Below, piece after piece: positions 19,733-30,237 of a stretch of 64,000 bases of DNA. A model generated the notes under the pieces. That model was not told the DNA's origin. It saw only the letters and a list, made by a program, of their open reading frames with translations, and made no database searches. The stretch is from Nitrosopumilus sp. (GTDB taxonomy: Archaea > Thermoproteota > Nitrososphaeria > Nitrososphaerales > Nitrosopumilaceae), in the NCBI GenBank assembly GCA_965218695.1, contig OZ244651.1, forward strand, positions 352,001 to 416,000, written 5' to 3'. The translations under genes were made by a program, and so were the position numbers. Position 1 is the first letter of the stretch. The number at the start of each line of letters is the position of its first letter.

Positions 19733-22700
19733 CATCGCTGGTCTCTAGGCGTCCGTTACGGGTCAGCACGACGGAGCGCATTGAATATGTATGAAATCTT
19801 TGCGGCGGGATTATTGCTGCTATCGTTGTTCGCATGTTGGTTGAACTAGATATGTCGCGAAACGCCAGTCTGAATGAATGGCAGAATTTTCTGGAGTCAT
19901 TCTTGTATGCGCGCTTGTGTTTTTCCCTTTGCAGGCCTGCGGACATGGGAGTGGTAAATATGGGCCTTGCAAAGGCATGGTTGAACTGGTGGATGTTGTT
20001 TCCCTCAAGCACCGGCCAGCCCTTCCCGCCGTCAGTCAGGAGGTCGGCATCGTTTGTCTTATGAAAACCACTTGAGAGTGCCACGCTCCAGCCGCCCCCC
20101 AATCCCATTCCCAACGTATCACACGCAGACATACTGGCCAGCACGGCAAGAATCTTCCCGTCAACCTCGGGGATGTGGAGATCGTCAGGAGACAGGTCGC
20201 GGATCATTCTCTTGGAGATCGTATGGAATTTTTCTTTCTCTGCGTCCTTGGTTTCAAGCGATGACAGGTTGTGCAGGTAGAATCCGGAAGGAATGTCGTC
20301 CCCTCCAGGCAGGTTTTTGATTGTCAGGAGCACGAACCGATACCTGCTGTCTATGGGGAATATCTTTTTGCGGTTCTCAAAAACGTACATCTGCCGCACG
20401 TCTGAATCCAGAATCTGTTCCCGCATTCCTGCCGAGCCCGTGTTTGAGAGTACCTGGGAGGGAATGAGTACGGATATGACGCCTCCCTCCGACACCAATG
20501 CCAGCATGCGCTCCATCATTATCTGCCACATGTCCCTGTCTCCCACGCCTTGCAGGGCATACGTTTTGTAGAATTCCGACTTTTCACGAAACGACTGGCG
20601 AAAATCGTCGTACTCTTTCCGGATGGCGGGATCTTTTAGGATCTCATCCTGTTTGGTTATTTTTTTCGGTTTGGTGTCGATGGCGCGAAATGCCGGGTAG
20701 TGCCGGGTAAAGAATTCGTCATCGGATGGTTTTACCTTGTCCCACGGCGGGTTTCCCACGATCAGGTCAAAGCCGTGCCGGGCATCCACAAACGCGTCCA
20801 TCATCTCAAGCTCCCAGTGGAAGAACCCATACTTGCTTTTCAGCCGCCGTGCAGTCGCAAGCGTATTTTGCATGTCTGCGTCTTCTGCTATCCGGCCGGA
20901 GAACCGGCGTATGTAGCCTGCCGCGTTCTTGCGAGCCGTTTTAGGTATCGCATTCTTGTCGATCTGTGCAGTGCAGTACACGTCCAGCATCTCCTTGTGG
21001 GGGGACATCACTCGTTCATACTCGTCGTGAGCGTCCTTACTCCGGTGGACCTGCTTTATGGTGACGTCTGCACTCTTGCTGACGCGATCGATTATGACTC
21101 CTATGTTGTCTGTTTTCTCCATCCAATCATCCAGCGATGCGCCCTTTGGATCCCCTATGTCGCGGCGCCACGCTCCCATGGTAGAGTCGCCTGCCTTGAT
21201 GTGATGATTCAGGTATGTCAAAGGAACGCCAATTGCAAAAGAGTCAAGCCACAGTGAGACGCGGGCAAGCTCGACTGCAAGCGGGTTGACGTCAACTCCA
21301 AATATGCACCGCTTCATCACGCGGCGCTTGAGCAGAACGTCATAAGTCAGCAATCTCTCGTTTATGGTTATGCCGTGTTTCTTCTGTTCGGATATTACTG
21401 TCTGCCTGTCTTTTTCTATATCGGCAAGCAACGGGTGTTGTGGGTATTTCCTGAGCATGCCGGTGGCCCATTTCGTAATCTGGTTCAACGCCTCAACCAG
21501 AAAGTGGCCGCTGCCCATGGAAGGATCCAATACCTGTATGTCAAGCAGTCTGTCCGTGCATGCGCGGATGTTTTTCTCATTTGGCATGTCTCCGTACCTG
21601 CTGAGATCAGGCGGCAGTAATTTTTCGCGTTCGTCAAATATCGGCTCAAGTCCGCGCTTGACCAAAAACGATACCATCTCCTGCGGGGTGTAGTAGCTTC
21701 CAGATGATTTTCTCGAGAGCGAACCTGTCCTTGACACTATGTAGAGGTCATTTTTCTTGTACGAGTACGTGGATTCGGCACGGGATGCAACCTCACGCAC
21801 AGCCTTGCCGTCTTCTACCAGCATGATGTCCCGATCTGCCTAGCGTACCTCGAATTCCATCAGAGTCTCGTAGATGTTTCCCAAGTGCCGTACGCCCAAA
21901 CTGGCATAGTCTACAGGTTCCCCGTCCTTTTCCATGAACCCCCTCAGCGTCCGGACCGCGTGGAAATTCCTGATGTTGATGCCGTCAATCTGCGGAGCAC
22001 TCCTGAAGAGGTCGCTGTTGTATTGCGGCAGGTTATGCTCCGGACTCCCATTCCTGACCCCTCGGAACAGATTCAGGACATGCTTCCAGCAACCGTACGA
22101 GTCAGGATCCGACTCCATGTCGTCAAGAGAATAGCGTAGCGCCAACAGGGACAACGGAGCGTATTTTTTGTCCCTGACAGGTAGCAAGTCACGCGATTCT
22201 GCATACAACAGGAACCATATGCGGTACATGATCTTTAGCGCAACCTCCTTGGCAGAGGCCAGATCGCCCGACTCGTACCTCCGAGTACCGTCATACCCCA
22301 GCACGCCTTTTACCAAGTCCACAAAGATGCCATCCGGCCTCAAAATCCGCTCAGCCAAGTTCGCCTCGAGATCTTGTACGTAGTCCCTGCCGTCGTCGAA
22401 TACCACGTCTATTTTGGCCTTGCCGTTTATCCTCACGTACGACGCGGCGCCGAATACGGCCGCCAAGTACCGCAGGACTGACTTTTTCCTAGATTTCAGG
22501 TTTATCTCAAAGTAGTTGGTGGTGGATGCAGATACCCTCGACGTGTAAAGCCTCCACGTGATCCCGTCCGTGAGGATGACCCACGGCGTCACGGCAAGTT
22601 CTGCCACCGCCCTGTAGCTTGGTGCCACCTCGGCCTGGTTCCTCTGGATTCCAAAGTCCGTCCCCTTCCCAACCACCACTATCGATGCTTCTGGAAAGGA

Positions 22701-23652
22701 ATGAGAACGGTAAACGCCATCATCATGATATTCAAGATCCGACCAGCCAAGCAACTCAAGCGACTTTGCAGAATCTCCATCCCATGCATCCTCCAAGCCA
22801 TCCAGTTTTGTCGCACCGCCTTCAAGCAGTCTGGTCTTTAGGTAGTGTGTAGAGAAGACGCCCTTGTTGATGAAATCTACGGCAGTGGTGGGTATGTTCT
22901 GTATAGTACTCTTGATGGCCCGCCGCATCTTCAGGCTGGTGCCGGCAGACGCAAAACCGGCAGAAGAAAGCGCCGTGACCACCTGTTCGCAGGCGTCAGT
23001 GCCGTCTAATGCAAAGACCAAGCTGCTTGATGCAGACTTGAAGTAGAGGCTGTAGTTTGATTTCAGACAGAGCAACACAGCACAGTGAAAGATGCCGGAG
23101 ACCTGTCGTTTTGCGTCCGGGATAGCCTTGGCCTTGTGCTCAAATAGTAATACCGGGATTGGAGTGTCGTTACCGTCAGCCCGCGTGAACCTGTACCGTC
23201 CCCATCCGGCGGAGTTGTTGTCGGGGAGGGGCCTGCATTCTTCGGATAGACCCATGGAATCCAAGACTCCTTTGATCCTGTTTGGAAATTGAGGGGTTTT
23301 TTCAGAATCTTTTGTCACTACACTACCGCCATTGTTTATTGGATTGGCACAGGTTCAGTGATAAACGTATTGACATTAAGATTAGTGGGGGTTATCTTAC
23401 GTGTAGCCTGTTGCGTAATTTCCTCCGCTCAGACTGAACGTGCACAAGCACCGTATGTATAATCCTGCACCACCCACGCCCCCATTATCAATCTGTTGTA
23501 CCTGGGCAACAAAACACGGTGCTGCATACAATTCGTTGATCGACATATTGCCCGTCTGGCACGCTCATCAATCATCCATTTCGCGGTCCGCTACGGCACC
23601 GAGATGCCTTCGAACCATAGAAATAGGTACGCTTATAGATCCCATTTTGTGA

Positions 23653-24048
23653 ATGTGCCTAATGCTGAAAACCAAGTCCATATATGCGCCGTCGGATCCT
23701 AACGACGGGGAGCGCGTTCTGGTCACTAGGTTCTATCCGCGCGGCGTAAAACGGGAGCGCTTCCACGAATGGCGGCGCGAGTTGGCGCCTAGCGTCAGGC
23801 TGCTCAAACAATACAAAGAGATGGAAATATCCGAAGATGAGTTTGAGCGATGCTTCAAGATTGAAATGAATGCCGTTGCAAGCAGACAGGCCATCAAAGA
23901 CTTGAGAACACGTGCAATGGTATCCAACGTGACGCTCCTGTGCTACGAACCGGAAGGAGAGATGTGCCACCGCAACATCTTGCAGGAGATCATACGCAAC
24001 ATGTTACACGCTTCGCTTAAATCTAAATACGCTGATTACCATGAATGA
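23653..24048 (+). CDS. DUF488/YeaO-family protein
   Basis: DGERVLVTRFYPRGV, ELAPS, VTLLCYE...CHR motifs. Confidence 0.88.
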   Translation: MCLMLKTKSIYAPSDPNDGERVLVTRFYPRGVKRERFHEWRRELAPSVRLLKQYKEMEISEDEFERCFKIEMNAVASRQAIKDLRTRAMVSNVTLLCYEPEGEMCHRNILQEIIRNMLHASLKSKYADYHE

Positions 24049-24768
24049 ATTTCTGTGTTGAGCCGCGTTACCCACCAGGAAATATTTGTCAAAATTCGGA
24101 TCGGTGATGCCCAGGTTTGTCAGTCCCTGTTCCATGTTAGCAGGGTTCTTTCTCATCCATTCATAGATGCCCCATTCTAGAATCTGCTGATCGTGAGGTT
24201 TTGCTGACCGGCAGCCCGAACAGTGATACTGTACGCGAGGCTGTTTCTGGTAGTTGTGTATCGTGAGGAACAGCACGTCAGAATCCAGCGTGGATTGCAC
24301 GGATGGGTTGTAGTTTTTTCTGTCTGCCATCCAGCTCTTGATTATCTTTGGTTTGATTATGCCCAAACTTCGTTTGGCGTCGTTAAGGTCCTGTACACAG
24401 CTGACACCGAATTCATTGTACAGTTTTTTTAGCAAATCAATCTGTTTTGGACGTGTCAGTTTGTCAACTACTTGGATCTTCTCTCTTAGTCTAGACCATT
24501 CGTCTTTCGATCCCTGAACTTTCCAGCTTTCGGCTCTGGTGTCTTGCGGGTTTTTTTCTAAAGGCATGCTTACGACATTCCATCGAGGCATCTTAGCTTC
24601 GGGCGGCACGGGGTATATCCTAACAAGTCCGTGTTTGGGAGAGTAACACGCCGTGCATACGGTTCTTCGGCTGTCGCTTATCTCATCAGGAACTGCGTTT
24701 CCCAACATAATAAGATCGTCCATTACAACTCTGTCCGGATCCACATTACCAAGTATGGTCAGTATCAT
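24004..24768 (-). CDS. Hypothetical protein, possible OB-fold/Zn-binding partner of DUF488
   Basis: Intact 254-aa ORF; TVCTAC...VRIYP...R.ES, CSGC...H..QILEWG and FLVGN...H...F motifs; family assignment is tentative. Confidence 0.6.
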   Translation of the reverse strand: MILTILGNVDPDRVVMDDLIMLGNAVPDEISDSRRTVCTACYSPKHGLVRIYPVPPEAKMPRWNVVSMPLEKNPQDTRAESWKVQGSKDEWSRLREKIQVVDKLTRPKQIDLLKKLYNEFGVSCVQDLNDAKRSLGIIKPKIIKSWMADRKNYNPSVQSTLDSDVLFLTIHNYQKQPRVQYHCSGCRSAKPHDQQILEWGIYEWMRKNPANMEQGLTNLGITDPNFDKYFLVGNAAQHRNSFMVISVFRFKRSV

Positions 24769-24801
24769 AAATCATTATCTATAGCTAAGATCAAAAGTTC
24801 G

Positions 24802-24944
24802 TGAATACATGATAACCCTGCCCACCCACCACATGTAGCGGGCTGACCCCTAAATACACATGGTCACAAAGACCTAGTTCGTGAATGAGGCTATCCGAGC
24901 TGCTGTGTTACTGACCATCCGAGCCCTTGGATGTTAGTTACATG
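24802..24944 (+). ncRNA. Orphan IS110 left end with a bridge-RNA-like structure (no recombinase attached)
   Basis: Colinear with the reconstructed IS110 left end (reverse complement of 42854-42881 joined to 41488-41597); conserved CCCC/GGTC-ACAAA-GACC frame; guide AGTTCGTGAAT (24876-24886) equals its own junction (24796-24806). Confidence 0.75.
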
Positions 24945-25270
24945 TCTTGATCCCGTACTTGTACTCAAACAGGTACAGGCCGTAGTCCACGCATTCCATG
25001 GCAAGCGCAATGTCCCTCATGGTTTTGTCCCAACCATGCGTGTGGTTTCGTCCTGCACGTATTAAAGACCCCCTGTAATCATGGCAACAGTTCTTCCAGA
25101 AGCATACCAAGTGCTGGCCGTCACATGGCGGCATCATTTTCTACGTGCCGTGCCTCACGTCCTCCATGGCATGCATGTTTTGCGGCAAGAGGCACGGCCA
25201 ATACCAGATCATTGGATCCGCACGCCCTTCGTTTTATTTGCACGAATTTTGGCGTGTCATCATGAATGGT

Positions 25271-25715
25271 TTATTCGTCTAACAAATGACGATCGTCGCC
25301 TTTCATACGGTCACGCAACTTTTTCAAGTTTTGTGCTCGTGCAACCTGATCATTGTTTTCACATATCTCTCGTAGAACAGTCACTTGAGACGCACTCATG
25401 TATTTACTGCCCAGTAGATCAACAATTCTATCGATAATCTTGTTTGCTGTATCAAAATTATAGGCTCCCGATAATAGTTTTAGCAACATATCCGGATTAT
25501 CGGGTTCTAATGCCATCATGATGTCACACGCCAAACCGACATAATTTGGATTTGAATGATTCAGACGTGGACAATGATGCCCGCCTGTAAATCCGATTGG
25601 AACTTTGCCGTCAAAAGTTACCGGGACTATTGTTTTCTTCAAAGCTAGAGCCATGCCTGCCTCCTGTTCCGTAAAATTTGCACCGTGATAATCTACAGAA
25701 ATTAGTTGAATAAAG
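25271..25715 (-). pseudogene. TIR-domain protein, 5-prime part lost at an IS66 end
   Basis: Upstream in-frame reading FIQLISVDYHGANFTEQEAGMALALKKTIVPV resembles the TIR betaC-alphaC(Glu)-betaD segment. Confidence 0.75.
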
Positions 25716-27241
25716 GTAAGTGTTCACGTCGTGCCTAATTCAGTTCACTCTTGGGTAAATTTTGTGCAAACCACAGATCCAAATAGGATGGTAATCCAAA
25801 CCCGATGTGAAAAGCCAGGCTGAACTCAAAAAGATGTACACGGATCTCAAGACTGAGAACATCAAGCTCAAGCAGACGATTGAGATGCAAGGGCAGATAA
25901 TTGAGGAATTGAATCTGGCAGTTGCTGATCTTAAGCGCAGGCTGGTGCGGCATGACAATTACAACACCCCGTCATCACAAAAAAGGGGGCCCGGATGGCC
26001 TGACACAAAGGGAAAAGGCGACGAAAAGAATGCCTACAATAAATCCACAAAAGCCTCCCGGGATCAAAAGGACCGCGTGGATGCGGCCGGCAGCGGGAAG
26101 TCGCGCGGGGGGCAAAAAGGCCACATGGGCCGCACCCGCAAGCCAAAACCCACCGAGTTTGAGGAACACACCCCGGAGGCCTGCCCCGAATGCGGCTCGG
26201 GTAGCCTTTCCATAGTGCAGTCAGAAAAACGCGACATTACCAGGGTGGAGCGCACGATAAAGGTCATCACCACGCGCCACACCATAAACACGTGTCGCTG
26301 CTCCTGCGGTCTGGTGGACATCAAGCCCGAGACCGGCCTTCCAGACAAGGGCAGCTACGATCCGAGCATAACGACTGATGTTGCAGACGATTACGTGTGT
26401 CGCATGCCGTTTAGGATGATCGCAGACCACATGTCGCGGTACGGAATTACACTCTCCTCGGGCACGGCGCACAACATAATGCGCAGGCTGGGAACGTCGC
26501 TGGGCGCCCCTGCGGCAGCCATTGCCGCCATGATACGCAAGGCCAAGATACTGCACGCCGACGAGACATCGATTCACCTAAACGGCCGCAACGTCTGGGT
26601 GTGGATACTGCACGATCCGCTGACCGGGCACGCGCTGTACGTGATACGGGACAGCCGGGGGGCAAAGGTTCTGAAAGAAGCGCTTGGGGGTTGGGACGGC
26701 ACGTTAGTGTGCGACGGCTGGACGGCGTACGGAAAATACCGCGTCCAGCGCTGCTGGTCGCACATAATACGCGAGGCCAGGGACATCTGCAACCGCAATC
26801 CGGACTGCCCAGGCGCGCGCAACGTCCTGAAGCACCTGCGCATAATCTATGATTATGCCAGAAGGGCAAGCAGGAAACGCTCGCGCTCTCTCCGGGACAA
26901 CGCGTCTGCCATGCTGACGTCATGCATCGAAAAGATCGTTGCAAGGTACGCCGACGATCCAATATTGGAAAAATTCATGGTCAAGATCAGCAATGCTGGC
27001 AGCGACCTGTTCCGGTTCGTGCTGAACCCAAAGATCCCGCCTACAAACAATGCTGCAGAACGCGGGTTGCGCGAGATAGTCGTGCACAGAAAAATACGGG
27101 GCAGCATAAGGGCAGAGGAGACGATGACGTGGATGGCGAATTTCTTTTCATGTGTAATGACATGGAAAAACAAGAAATTGGATTACTTGGCGGAGATTGC
27201 AAAATACGCCTAAAAATGAGTTAAACCACGTGAACACTTAC
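25716..27241 (+). mobile_element. IS66-family element; no TSD
   Basis: TIR GTAAGTGTTCACGT at both ends; flanks GAATAAAG and GAATTTCT do not match. Confidence 0.9.
25807..27213 (+). CDS. IS66 transposase
   Basis: NTPSS, GGQKGH, CPECG, HADET, VCDGW, QRCWSH, PTNNAAERGLR. Confidence 0.93.
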   Translation: MKSQAELKKMYTDLKTENIKLKQTIEMQGQIIEELNLAVADLKRRLVRHDNYNTPSSQKRGPGWPDTKGKGDEKNAYNKSTKASRDQKDRVDAAGSGKSRGGQKGHMGRTRKPKPTEFEEHTPEACPECGSGSLSIVQSEKRDITRVERTIKVITTRHTINTCRCSCGLVDIKPETGLPDKGSYDPSITTDVADDYVCRMPFRMIADHMSRYGITLSSGTAHNIMRRLGTSLGAPAAAIAAMIRKAKILHADETSIHLNGRNVWVWILHDPLTGHALYVIRDSRGAKVLKEALGGWDGTLVCDGWTAYGKYRVQRCWSHIIREARDICNRNPDCPGARNVLKHLRIIYDYARRASRKRSRSLRDNASAMLTSCIEKIVARYADDPILEKFMVKISNAGSDLFRFVLNPKIPPTNNAAERGLREIVVHRKIRGSIRAEETMTWMANFFSCVMTWKNKKLDYLAEIAKYA

Positions 27242-27305
27242 GAATTTCTTATGAAATATCCGGAATTTAAAAACGAAACGTAACTGAAGTATTAATTAAA
27301 AAACA

Positions 27306-28946
27306 GTATCTGTGTAGTTTTTTGATCAAATGTTGAACTCCATATCTACAATCAGAAAATCCGCGTCTGTCTAATTTTTTAAAACTATTTTTGATCACTT
27401 GATCGAGTTTTTCTCTCCGTCCTAATTTTTAGATCATTGTTGCCCACGGTTTGCATATGTCTGATGATAATTCCGAGTCAAGGATTGCAGAACTGGAGGA
27501 AAAAGTGGGTATGATGGCAGAGCAGATGGCCGAAAAAGACCGGCAGATGGCCGAAAAAGACCGGCAGATGGCCAAACTCGCTGATCTTTACGCTGCCGCC
27601 CTCAAACAGATCCAGGATCTCACGGCAGAGTTGCAGGAGGCAAAGGGCATCATATCGGCTGCCGTTGCAAGGAGCATCGGCGCAAAACCGGACAAAAAGA
27701 CCGGCAGTACCCGGCGCCGCGCAAAGGGCAAGGGCAAGGCCAAGGGCAAGCCAAGTGACCACAAACGCACGGGCCTTGCGCGTCCTGAAAGAATAGACGC
27801 AGAGGAGACGGCAGATCCCCACACGTGCGACAACTGCGGCAGCTCCGACCTCTCAGAATGCGTGTCCACGTACACAAAGGTGGTAAGGGAGGCTGCCAAG
27901 ACGGAACTAAAGCACATCAAGGTGACAGTAAAGAGAAGGCGTTGCAGGAACTGCAAGAGGACCGTGTCCGGCAGGACTCCGCTGGCACTGCCAAACTCCA
28001 GGTACGGGATCAACTTTATGATAATGATGGTCATCCTCCGGCTGCACGGCATGTCAGACCTCAGAATATGCAATATTGTCATGATGATGTACTCGGCAAG
28101 AATCACGGAATCTGCGATAAACCGCATGGTGTGCAGGATGGCCCGGGAGCTCGGGCCGCTGTACGAGAAGATCAAGGAGGAGGTAAGAAACTCGCGTGCG
28201 ATAAACGGGGACGAGACAATCTGGCGCGTCGACGGCACGAACTATTGGCTGTGGGTGGCTGTAGCCAGGTACGCCGTAATCTACGAGGTGCACCGCCACA
28301 GGAACTCGAAGGTTCCAAAAAAGATGCTCGGCAAGGACTACCCGGGATGCGTCACGTCTGACTCGTGGGCCGCGTGGAACGTCATCGGATCCGAACACCA
28401 AAAGTGCCACCTTCATTACGCCCGGGACATCAAGGACACCCTGAAATACAAGAATCCCGGCTACGACTACAAGCGTCACGCAAGGACGCTGCGCGCGATA
28501 CTGTGGGACTCGCACATCGACGGCGCCGTTCCGGGAGGGGCAGACGCGCTTGCCGCAAAGAAGAGGCTGGATCGTCGTATCGCGTCACTTATCGGCAGGC
28601 TCGAAAAGGACCGCGACTGCAAGCACTGCAACAGGATGCGCAAGAGGCTGGTGCGGGAAAAAGGCCACCTGTTTGCGTTTCTGGAGACAGACGGCGTCGA
28701 ATACCACAACAACCGGGCAGAGCGGGCCATCAGGCCGTGCGTCATCCTGCGCAAGAACAGCAACGGGAGCAGGTCAAAGAAGGGTGCAGATGCCATTGCC
28801 ACGCTGATGAGCATCAAGCAGACATGCAAGGCAAGGGGAGATGATCTTGGCACGATCCTGCGCGAGGGCCTGGCTCCACGTCAAAAAACTGCATAGACGC
28901 GCGTAGGCATGGAGTTCAACATTTGATCAAAAAACTATGCAGTTAC
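27306..28946 (+). mobile_element. IS66-family element
   Basis: About 38-bp TIR (GTATCTGTGTAGTTTTTTGATCAAATGTTGAACTCCAT / GTAACTGCATAGTTTTTTGATCAAATGTTGAACTCCAT); 8-bp TSD AAAAAACA. Confidence 0.92.
27451..28896 (+). CDS. IS66 transposase
   Basis: CDNCG, GDETIW, TSDSW, HQKCHLH, NNRAERAIR; 21-bp QMAEKDR repeat at 27522-27573. Confidence 0.93.
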   Translation: MHMSDDNSESRIAELEEKVGMMAEQMAEKDRQMAEKDRQMAKLADLYAAALKQIQDLTAELQEAKGIISAAVARSIGAKPDKKTGSTRRRAKGKGKAKGKPSDHKRTGLARPERIDAEETADPHTCDNCGSSDLSECVSTYTKVVREAAKTELKHIKVTVKRRRCRNCKRTVSGRTPLALPNSRYGINFMIMMVILRLHGMSDLRICNIVMMMYSARITESAINRMVCRMARELGPLYEKIKEEVRNSRAINGDETIWRVDGTNYWLWVAVARYAVIYEVHRHRNSKVPKKMLGKDYPGCVTSDSWAAWNVIGSEHQKCHLHYARDIKDTLKYKNPGYDYKRHARTLRAILWDSHIDGAVPGGADALAAKKRLDRRIASLIGRLEKDRDCKHCNRMRKRLVREKGHLFAFLETDGVEYHNNRAERAIRPCVILRKNSNGSRSKKGADAIATLMSIKQTCKARGDDLGTILREGLAPRQKTA

Positions 28947-29488
28947 AAAAAACAAAAAATCCCACTGTGCCGTACGAAATAGGGCTTACCCCTGTCCGGA
29001 GGGCAGGGAATATGGGAAGCCAGGTGATCCCCCAGCCTAGTAAAAATGCCGACGTGTAGGTCAGGCCAAGACATGCCAGCCTGTGGCATCCTATTGGCAG
29101 TATGAGAATTCGCGTAATGCCAAAACTGGTTCAATCCAAGGCATGATGATCGGGGGCAAAAGTGAATCGCCAATGCACAAATAGCTGAAACCATGAATGT
29201 CTTCACGCGCCGGATCAGGGAACTCTGGGTCTGACACCTGGAACCGAGCCCTGACAGCATGAATCCCAGTAGAATTTCCTTTTTCCCTTGCAATGCAGGA
29301 CATCTTGTACTGTAGGTGCTGAAAGAAAAATTTGCCCTCCTGATGACAGATAGCTTTGCCCATTATTACATAGCGCTACGGGAATCCGAAAATCTTTTGA
29401 ATCCACGTTTTATTCACGGATGCGTTCAATCCCAGGATTCCTAAATAAATGGTCGGAACAGATAAATTTCTTCCCACGAACCTTATTC

Positions 29489-29854
29489 ATGGAAAGAAAC
29501 CTTGAGCTCGAAGACAATGCAAGGGGGCTCGTGGTTCGTTTTATAGAATCGCTTAGTCAAAATGATCTCAAAAGTGCCAGAAACTGCGTAAATGATGATT
29601 TTGAATATATAAGCCCACTTGGGAATTATGATAGAGCAGAGCCATTCTTCAAACGCATGGAAGCGTCGCCTCTAAAATTTAACATCAAAAAAACCTTTGT
29701 AGATGGAAACGAGGTATGCGTGTTTGTTGATGTTCCTTTGGGATCTTTAACCCTGCTTGCATGTGGCCGGTACACTGTGGAAGAACAAAAAATCCGTTCA
29801 TTAAATCTAATATATGATCCACGGGTATTCCTAGAGGGAATATCCAACAAATAA
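29489..29854 (+). CDS. SnoaL/NTF2-like protein
   Basis: VVRFIESL...DDFEYISPLG...DGNEVCV...KIRSLNLIYDP pattern; upstream start at 29420 is also possible. Confidence 0.75.
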   Translation: MERNLELEDNARGLVVRFIESLSQNDLKSARNCVNDDFEYISPLGNYDRAEPFFKRMEASPLKFNIKKTFVDGNEVCVFVDVPLGSLTLLACGRYTVEEQKIRSLNLIYDPRVFLEGISNK

Positions 29855-30237
29855 TATTTTTCTTAGATTACCTGAGTGCCGCTCGCGAGTAACTGCCCGT
29901 CCCGGATAACCGTAAATGCCCGCCGGCAGGCGTTAGTTGCAGGCGTTGTGACAGAATCAGTCGTCTGAGGCCTTGGCTCGTGATTTGGTGTCCTGTCCTG
30001 CGCCTGCCGCAGGCGCCACGGCTTAGATTTCAGGCACCGCGAGTATTCTTGCCTCGCTTGGCATTGCAACACCGCCACGAACCCGGCATCGCTTATCTGC
30101 CAGTTCCCTCAAAGGAGGGTCTGCCACGATTCGACTGCCCAACGTCTAAACTCGAACCGCTGCGGCACGCAATGACTAACCGTGCCGAACCCGACTGCCG
30201 GAATTGAAAAGACTTCCGTGAAAAAACAAGTGGAAAA

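Larger units (their letters stand above)
18013..23318 (-). pseudogene. Eco57I/type IIG-like restriction-modification protein (~1,350 aa reconstructed) with an in-frame TAG and an ISH3 insertion
   Basis: GSYYTP, LDPSMGSGHF, NPPW motifs; EVR*ADRDIM continues in frame across TAG 21840-21842; IS removal gives LETSD-DYNKQIAYLCGILNSMPFDF. Confidence 0.9.

Noticed and set aside
21840-21842. Pyrrolysine-type amber readthrough
   Set aside because: No pyl genes in view, and the gene has a second lesion; a nonsense mutation is simpler.
24934-25137. 67-aa ORF converging on the orphan RNA
   Set aside because: No recognisable motif; cannot be supported as a gene without a homology search.
27280-27305. 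GTAACTG as the left end of the IS66
   Set aside because: The end at 27306 gives a ~38-bp TIR and a perfect 8-bp TSD; 27280 gives neither.
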